A DNA stretch of 64,000 nucleotides from the human T2T-CHM13v2.0 reference genome, Homo sapiens, in assembly GCF_009914755.1 (NCBI RefSeq), contig NC_060947.1. One strand, 5' to 3'. Every line of letters starts with the position of its first letter. The stretch's first letter is position 1. The notes under the pieces are model-generated. The model did no database searches, was not told the DNA's origin, and saw nothing but the letters and a program-made list of their open reading frames with translations. The position numbers and the translations under genes are program-made. This document shows, piece by piece, positions 55,201 through 64,000 of this stretch.

Positions 55201-57670
55201 CCAGTTAAAATGGCTTATATTCAACAGATAGGCAATAACAAGGGCTGGATAAGATGTGGAGAAAAGGGAACACTTGCACACTGTCAGTGGAAATGTATAT
55301 TAGTACAACCACTATATAGAACAGTTTATGGACTCCTCAAAAATTACAAATTGAAATAACATATGACCCAGCAATTCTGATGCTGGGTCACACCCAAAAT
55401 AAAGGACATTAGTGTATCAAAGAGATGTCTGCACTCCTATGTTTGTTGCAGCACTATGTACAATAACTAAGATTTGGAAGCAACTTAAGTGTCCATCAAC
55501 AGGAAAATGGATAAAGAAAATATGGTGCATATACACGATGGAGTACTATTTAGCCATAAAAAGGTGACATACAGTTATTTGCAACAATATGGATGAAACT
55601 GGAGATCATTATGTTAAGTGAAATATGCCAGGAAGAGAAAGACGAACATCATATGTTCACACTTAGTTATGGAATCTAAATTTAAAAAAAATGAATTAGT
55701 GGGCATAGAGAGTAGAAGAATCGTTACCAGAAGCTGGCAAGTGTAGTGGAGGGGCTGAGGAAAAGTGGGGATGGTTAATGGGTACAAAAAAAGTTGGTTA
55801 GAATGAATGAATAAGACCTACTGTTTGATAGCACAACCGAGTGACTATAGTAAATTATAACTTAATTGTACATTTAAAAATAACTTAAAGATTACAATTG
55901 GATTGTTTGTAATTCAAAGGAAAATGATTGAGGTGATGAATACCCCATTCTCCGTGATGTGCTTATTTCACATTGCATGCCTGTATCAAAACGTCTTAAG
56001 TACCCCATAAATATATACACCTACTGTGTACCCACAAAAATTAAAAATAATAAAAAATAAAACTGAACTATGCTTCATGATAAAAACTCTTGTTAAATTA
56101 GTTGTAGAAAGAGCATACATCATCACAATAATAACCATAACATACCTCATCACAATAATGACCATATATGATAAACACACAGCAAACATCATAATGAATG
56201 GGGAAAACCTGAATGTGTTTCCCCTAAGAACTGGGCAACTATGCTCACTTTCACTAGTCTTATTCTACATAGTACTGGAAGTCCTAGCCAAAGCAATTAG
56301 GTAAGAGAAGTAAATAAATGACATTCAAATTGGGAAAGAGAAAGTCAAAAGGTTTCTCTTTGAAGATGACTTAATCTTATAAGTAGAAAAACCTAAAGAC
56401 TCCACCCAAATTCCCTTAGAACTAATACACAAATTCACTGAAGTGGCAGGATAGAGAATCAACATACAAAAATCAGTAGTGCATTTACATAACAATAATA
56501 AATCAGCTGAAAAGATTTCATGAAACCAGTCCCTAAAAGGGACAGCTACAAAAATAATAAAATGCCTAGGAATAAGGTTAAAAAAAAGGTGAAATATTTC
56601 TACAATAAAAATTTTAAAACATAGGTGAAATAAATTGAAGAGGACACAAACAAATGGAAAGTCATTCTATGTACATGAATTAGAAGAATTAATATTATTA
56701 ACATGGCCATACTACCCAAAGCGATCTACAGATTGAATGCAATCCCTATGAAATCACCAAAGAAAATTTTCACATAAATAGAAAAACCATTCTAAAATTT
56801 GTATGGAACCAGGAAAGACCCCAAATAGCCAAAGCAATGTTAAGCAAAAAGAAAAAAAGCTAGATGCATCACACTATCTCACTTCATAATATCTTACTAC
56901 ACAATAGTAAGCAAATAGCATGGTATTGATATAAAAGCAGACACATAGTTCAATGGAAAAGAATAGAGAACCCAGAAATTAATCCACACATTTATGGCCA
57001 GCTCATTTTCAACAAAGGTGCCAAGAACATACATTGGGGAAAGAATACCCTCTTCAATAAATGGTGCTAGGAAAACTGGATATTCATATGCACAATAATG
57101 CAACTAGATCATTGTCTCCTACCAAAATCAACTTAAAATAGATAAAAGACTAAAACGTAAAACCCAAAACTATACAACTACTAGAAGAAACCTTTGAAGA
57201 AAGGCTTCTTGATGTTGGTCTAGGCAAATATTTTATGGGTAAGTTTTCAAAAACACAGGCAACAAAAACAAAAATATGTAAATGAGACTATATCAAAATA
57301 AAAACCTTCTGTACAGCAAAGAAAACAATAAACAGAGTGAAGAGACAACCTGTAAAATGGGAGAAGATATTTGCAAACTATTCATCCAACAGGGACCTAA
57401 TAGCCAAGCTATACAAAAAACTCAAACAACTGAACAGCTAAAACATAAACAATGGCCAAAATATCTGAATATACATTTTTTCTTAAAAATATAAACAAAT
57501 GGCCAAATGTATGTAAAATGATCAACATCACTAATCATCAGGAAAATGCAAATCAAAACTACAATGACATGTCATCTCATCCGACTTAGAATGACTATTA
57601 TCAAAAGCACAAAAACTTACAAATGCTGGGGAAGATGCATAAAAAAGAAAACTCATACACTGTTTGTGGT

Positions 57671-58376
<706 letters not shown>

Positions 58377-58700
58377 GTGAGAATGTGACTTAATCCAGCT
58401 ATTGTGAAAAATAGTATAGAAGTTTTTCAAAAAACTAAAATATAAGTACCTTACAGCCCAGCAATTCCACTGCTGGGTATTTATTCAAAGGAAAGGAAAT
58501 CAGTATATGCTTATTGCAGTTTATTCACAATAGGCAAGATATAGGCTCAATATAAATATCTATTAAATGATGAATTGATAAAGAAAACATGGTATGTATA
58601 CACAATGAAATATTATTCACCCATAAAAAGGATAAAATCCTGTCATTCAGAGCAACATACATAAATCTGTAAGACATTATGTTAAATGATAATTATAAAT

Positions 58701-59114
58701 GCCTATCAATGATGGACTAGATTAAAAAAAAAGTGGTACGTATACACCATGGAATATTATGCAGCCAAAAAAGAAAAAGATCAATTCCTTTGCAGGGACA
58801 TGGGTGGAACTGGAGGACATTATCCTCAGCAAACTAACACAGGAAGAGAAAACCAAATACTGCATGTTCTCACTTATAAGTGGGAACTAAATGGTGAGAA
58901 CACATGGGCACATAAAGGAGAACAACACACACTGGAAGCTTTTGGAAGTTGGAGGGTGAGAGGAGGGAGATAATCAGAAAGAATAACTAATGGGTACTAG
59001 GCTTAATACCTAGGTAATGAAATAATCTGTATAACAAACCCCCATGACACAAGTTTACCTGTATAACAAACCTGCACTTGTATCCCTGAACTTAAAATAA
59101 AAGTTAAAAAAAAG
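58701..59114 (+). mobile_element. 5'-truncated L1PA13-15 3' end
   Basis: aataactaatgggtactaggcttaatacc...cccatgacacaagtttacctg; TSD aattataaat 58691-58700 / 59115-59124. Confidence 0.88.
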
Positions 59115-59524
59115 AATTATAAATACCACATATTCTCACTCATATGTGGAAGCTAAAAAGTATTGAGCTCATAATAGAGAGGAGAATTGTTCTTAGAGCC
59201 TAGAAATAATCGAGAAAGGAAAGGATAGGGAGAGGTTGATTAACATATACAAAGTTACTGCTAAATGGGAAGAATAAGTTGTAATGTTCTGTAGCACTGT
59301 GAGGTAAATATAGTTAACCAAAATTTAGTGTATGTTTTCATAAAGCTAGAAGAGGGTATTTTCAATGTTCACAACAGAAAGAAATGATAAATATTCAAGG
59401 TGATGGATATGCTAATTATCCTGATTTGATCCTTACACATTATATATTACACATGTATCAAAATCTCACTCTGTATCCCATAAATAGGCACTGTTGTTAG
59501 ATGTCAACTAAAAATAAAAAGAAA

Positions 59525-59605
59525 ATATTGTATGACATTGTATTGCTTTATTTGCTTTATTGCTTTGGTCTGGAACTGAACCCACAATTCTTAGAGGCAT
59601 GTTTT
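59525..59605 (+). mobile_element. Tigger1 3' terminus
   Basis: gctttattgctttggtctggaactgaacccacaattcttagaggcatgttt matches the Tigger1 right end and TIR. Confidence 0.82.
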
Positions 59606-60156
59606 TATCAGCTACCAGGTGCTTGGCACCTGGGGCTGGCATAGCTAATCAGAAAATTCAATCCATTCTAGGAGAGCTGAGGGAGTTTGCTTGGGATTTT
59701 TTCCCCCTGATTTAATACCCTAAAAGTTGTCAAAAAGTTACCAAACATTCTGTCTCCAACTCCACCAGTTATAATGATCCACCTGGTCTTCCATCACTCT
59801 TCAATGTCCAGGTCATGAATTTCCAATCATTTAGCCATAGCCAGATAACCATCTCAGACAGAGATGGAAGAATAACTATTAAAGGAAGTATAGGATGCCA
59901 CTAGTGCCATAGCCAATTGTGACACCTGGGATGAGTTTAACCTAGAAGAGTAACCATGGGACTCCAAATATCACTTAAATAGTGGCCCAGAATGCATCAG
60001 AGCATTCCAACATGCAAATGCATACCAAATCACTTCAGTCCCTGGTCCACTTCTCAGTTCCAGCTCTAACTCAGTCTTCCTGTGCCTTTAATTGGTGCAG
60101 AACCCATCACTCCTAGATCATAGCTGATATATATTCAGAGCTTCTATTACTAAGTA

Positions 60157-60535
60157 CAGGTTCTCCTTGACATATAATGGGTTTATGTCCTGCTAAACCC
60201 ATTGTATATGCCCATTGTAAGCTAAAAGTATTATGTCAAAAAATCATTTGCTAAACCAAACCGATCAAATATCATAGCTTAGCCTAGCCTATCTTAAATG
60301 TACTCAGAACACTTACATTAGCCTACACTTGGAGAAAATCATCCAAAACAAAATGTATTTTGAAATAGAGTGTTAAATATCTCATATAATTTATTGAATA
60401 CTCTGCTGAAAGTAAGAAACAGAATGGTTGTATGAGTACTCAAAGTACAGTTTCTACTGAATGTGTATCACTTTCATACTATTGTAAAGTAAAAAAAAAT
60501 CATAAATCAAATCACTGTAAGTCACGGGCCATCTA
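60157..60535 (+). mobile_element. MER47A (Tigger-family MITE)
   Basis: TA followed by caggttctccttgacatataatggg...agcttagcctagcctatcttaaatgtactcagaacacttacattagcc...tgtaagtcacgggccatcta (inverted termini). Confidence 0.85.
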
Positions 60536-60924
60536 CATATTTTGGGAAAGTCTCTTCATTTCTTCATATCATACTTGCCTGAAAAGTAGGCCATTATTTA
60601 TTAAACTCCTATCTTCCTTCCTATTATTCCTTCAAATAAGCTCACTGATTTCTTTGTGTTTTAGGTATATTAACCATTGACAAATAGATGAAGGAAACAA
60701 AAATAGCAAATATGGGCATTGAGAAAAGTTTAAGATTCTGACAAAATTACAGATATGCTAGTTTAGTCCTTCTGAATGCTTTTCTATCAATGCCATTTAA
60801 AACTTCATTGTACATTTATTTTTTTCCCTCAAACCTTCACCCCATCTCAAATACTCATTTTCTCTCTAGATTATATAGACTATTTTTTCATGAAGATCCA
60901 CCTTTCTAGACATTAAGTCTGAGG

Positions 60925-61100
60925 ACACAGTAAAGTATAATGATTTAAAAGACATGTTTACAGACTGATCTCAAATTCCAGCTCAGTCATTTAATGTCTA
61001 TGTGGATTTGCACAATACACTTCTCAATTTGTGTACCAGTAAAACACAGAGGGTAAACTATACTACTTTTACATTTTTTTACATGTGTTAAATTTGGCAG
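60925..61100 (+). mobile_element. MIR remnant
   Basis: tcaaattccagctcagtcatttaatgtctatgtggatttgcacaatacacttctcaatttgtgtaccagtaaaac (degenerate core). Confidence 0.55.
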
Positions 61101-61659
61101 TGTGAACTGGTATCATCAATAAAGTCTGAAATGTCAGAAATGGAGAGTGAAATAGTCCACAAAAGCCTAAAAAAAAGTTTTGGAGAAAATAAAAAACTCT
61201 TCATTACATTACCCATATCATCGGACATCTAAAGCCTTCTTGATTTGCTTCTCCCATTATTATTCTATTTATTTCAAATGTTGTATTTCTGAACAAATAT
61301 GTAAATATAAGAATGCTAAAGATAATCAATACAAAAACTGAGAGCTAGCACAGCCCCTATCATGGAAGGAAAGAACAGTGCTGCCGCAGATGAAGGCTGA
61401 AAAGAGTCTTCAAGTTTCAAAGTCTGGCTTCAGTTTCTCCAAGAATTTATAAATTCTTTCTAGGCAAAGTTTTGAGTGAGTCCCAGGAAACAGGCTCATC
61501 GAAGTGAGGATATATGCCAGAGCAGTAATGTGGGTCTGGTACTGGACATCTGACAAATATGATGGAGGGGTGGGCTAATCTATATTTTTTTCAGTCTAAA
61601 ACCACCATGGTCAATCTACCTCTCTCAGGAGCAGATCAAAGCAAAACACTTTACTTGAG

Positions 61660-61790
61660 ATGCATTAGTCAGGGTAGACCAGTGACTGCAATAAACAAAA
61701 TTTTGATAGTTTATCACGATAAAATTTTATTTTAAACACATCACAGTACAATGTGTGGAGGCAGGGTGAGCATTCTCTGCCACCATCCTT
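61660..61790 (-). mobile_element. Old MLT1 LTR fragment
   Basis: tgcattagtcagggtagaccagtgactgcaataaacaaaa...ataaaattttattt. Confidence 0.45.
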
Positions 61791-62029
61791 AGTTGATTTA
61801 TAGAACATAAAAGGGAAAATAGGAACTTCATCAACACATGATCTAGGAAAACCAAGTACCTCAGAAGAATCTGAGCCAGACCCTCCAATGAATTTTGTCC
61901 TCAGATTATAAAAATAAATAATATCATCCCAGCAGGAATCTTGTTAATGTCTGTTCTGAACCACATTGTGCCAGTCTAAATTGGTTGCCTTCAATACTCA
62001 GTGCAAAGCAAAGATCTCCCTTTACCATT

Positions 62030-63700
62030 TTCCTGGGGATTCCTTCTGACTCTTTCATGCATTAGATTCTAGTTTCCTGCATCCTATGCTTTTCTATTTT
62101 ATTATTTACTACCTAATTTTGGTAGAGTACAACTTCTAGTTTCTACGTGAAAAATGGTACACAGTAGGTGAAGTTTTTAAAACTTCATGTATGAGTTTGC
62201 TAGGGCTGCCATAACAAAGTACCACAAACTGAGTGGCTTAAACAACATACATTATTGTCTCACAGTTATAGAGGCTAGGAGTTCAAAATCAAGGGGTTGG
62301 CAGGTTTTGTTCCTTCTGAGGGTTGTGATGGAGAAACTGTTTGATATCTCTCTTCTATCTTCTGGTGGGTTGCTTAAAATCCTTTGCATTCCTTGGCTTG
62401 TAGACACACCATTCCAGTCTCTACTTTTATCTTTGCATGGCAGTCTCAATATGTGTGTGTCTATATAAATTTTCCCTTTTAATAAGGATCCCAGTCATAT
62501 TAGATTAAGGGTCCACCCTACTTCAGTATAACCTCATTTTAACTAACTACAGCTGCAACAACCCTACTTCCAAATAAGGTCATGACCTAAGATACTGGGA
62601 TTCAGGACTTCAACAGGTGAATTTTAGGGAGACACAATTCAATGCATAGCAAGTCAGATGTATGAAAATATTTTCATTCCAAACTAAAATTTGACTGGTC
62701 ATAAAATTCAATGTCAGAAATAAATTTTCTTCAGATTTGGAAAATATTGCCTCATTGTTGTCTAGCTTGCTTGCTCAGTAAACTTCTTGCTTATTGAGAA
62801 ATCTAATAATTTGGCACTCATGAGTGGTTTTCTCCAGCTCAAATTGTGGCAGATTGCAGAAGTCCAAAAGAGGTAAGCGTGTGGGTTCAAAAAGCAACGT
62901 GCCTGTCAATTTTTCTTCATATTCTTAGTGTTTCAAGTTCCAATAGAACAAGGGGAGTTTGGGTTGGGTGTGGGAGAAATGAGTGTGCAAGTTGGGTAAG
63001 GTGAAACTTCTGAGTAAAGATAGCAGATTGAACACATTCTAATTAGTGATTTTTAAATATATAACCTGTTTATATCTTTCTGGAAGCTTTTATATATTTT
63101 CTTTGCTGTAAGCACTCTGAAGTCCTATAAGAACATTACTTGGTGTGGATCTATTTTTGTCCATTTTCCTAGGCACTCTGTAGGCTTTCTCAGTCTAGAA
63201 ACTTATACGTTTTAGTCCTGAGTTTTTTTTTAAGTTTTTTTGATAATTGAATCATTTCTCTGTTTTCATTTTCACAGTTTTTTTCCTCTGTAACTCCTAT
63301 TATAAGAATGTTGTATCTTCTGAATTTTTCTTTAATTTTGCCCATCTTTTCTCTCCTGTATCCTATTTTCTGTTGTTTTCTTCCATTTCCTGGGAGATTT
63401 CTTCAACCATCTTCAAAAATTTGTATCAAGTTTTAAAATTTTTACTGTTTTTAAGTTCCAAGAGTCTTTTTTGTTCTCTGAATATTCCATTTTTTTAATA
63501 TCCTGTTCTTATCTGTTCGTAATTCTCCCTACATAATCTCTGTTTGCTTTAAATTGCATTTTCCATTAGTCTCCTTGGTTGTCTTACAGTTTTTAGTTGA
63601 CTGCTCTTGCCTTTAAGCTAATAATCTCTGAGTTTTCATTAAGAACTTATTGACTGGACTTCATTTTAAGCTGTTAGTATGATTATATCTTTCTTTTAAA
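62030..63700 (-). mobile_element. HAL1/L1ME ORF1-like remnant with nested insertions
   Basis: aaataaattttcttcagatttggaaaatattgcctcattgttgtctagc, ttggtgtggatctatttttgtcc, tttcctgggagatttcttcaac. Confidence 0.65.
62188..62651 (-). mobile_element. MLT1B/C solo LTR
   Basis: tgtatgagtttgctagggctgccataacaaagtaccacaaactgagtggc...gagacacaattcaatgcatagca. Confidence 0.9.
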
Positions 63701-64000
63701 GATGGTCAGATGGCACCCACATTACATTTCCAGCTTCCCAGCTGAAAGGCATAGGCCTATGTGCTAGCTTTCTGGGAACCCAGAAAAGGAAGAAGACTTG
63801 AAGGAGGTAGTCTCAGATGGCTTCAACGTTCCTGTCCTTAACGATGCCTGTTTTCCTTCAGTCAAGTTACTTTTTGCTTTACCTTCTCCAGTAAATAAAT
63901 GCTTAGATTTCTGCCAAGGTGGAAAAATAAGGTAGCCCAGCAACATGGATCTGGGGGTGCAGGAGGGAAGAATCTAGGATTCAAACCTGCTTGCTAAAAA

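Larger units (their letters stand above)
47811..56060 (+). mobile_element. Full-length L1MA1-3 (L1MA2-like) element with ~2 kb 5'UTR; ORFs decayed
   Basis: 5' ggagttagatggtgggatgaaaagctccattgatc; ORF1 about 49830-51010, long inter-ORF, ORF2 from about 51502; 3' end accccataaatatatacacctactgtgtacccacaaaaattaaaaat. Confidence 0.88.

Noticed and set aside
60198-60220. cccattgtatatgcccattgtaa direct repeat
   Set aside because: A small local duplication inside MER47A with no sign of function.

Overview
Human non-coding DNA; a human-specific AluYb8 at 39677 fixes the species. By eye about 85% is interspersed repeats, dominated by nested LINE-1 elements of many ages (L1M/L1ME, L1MA, L1PB, L1PA16 to L1PA3). 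ERVL/MaLR/ERV1 LTRs, Tigger DNA transposons and four Alus make up most of the rest. This composition is typical of the X chromosome, although the location cannot be proven from the sequence. I find no intact protein-coding gene: almost every entry in the ORF track is a broken L1 ORF1/ORF2/ORF0 piece or an Alu, LTR or antisense artefact. The main non-repeat content is a full-length, intronless, heavily diverged processed pseudogene of TRAPPC13 (7307-8546, minus strand) and a tailless 5S rRNA retropseudogene (6849-6938). The best candidate for something undescribed is the TRAPPC13 retrocopy. It appears to derive from a microexon-skipped isoform and shows many conservative amino-acid changes. A same-orientation solo ERVL LTR is inserted 22 bp upstream of its ATG, and a strong splice-acceptor-like tract lies just beyond that LTR. 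Together these suggest a retrogene that was once expressed, which is inference only. The window also records several non-canonical retrotransposition or repair events: a twin-priming inversion, TSD-less insertions with target loss, a captured L1 5'UTR fragment, and an internally deleted L1 that creates a new RT-like ORF. Subfamily names come from recalled consensus sequences and are approximate. Boundaries without a stated TSD are good to a few tens of bases.
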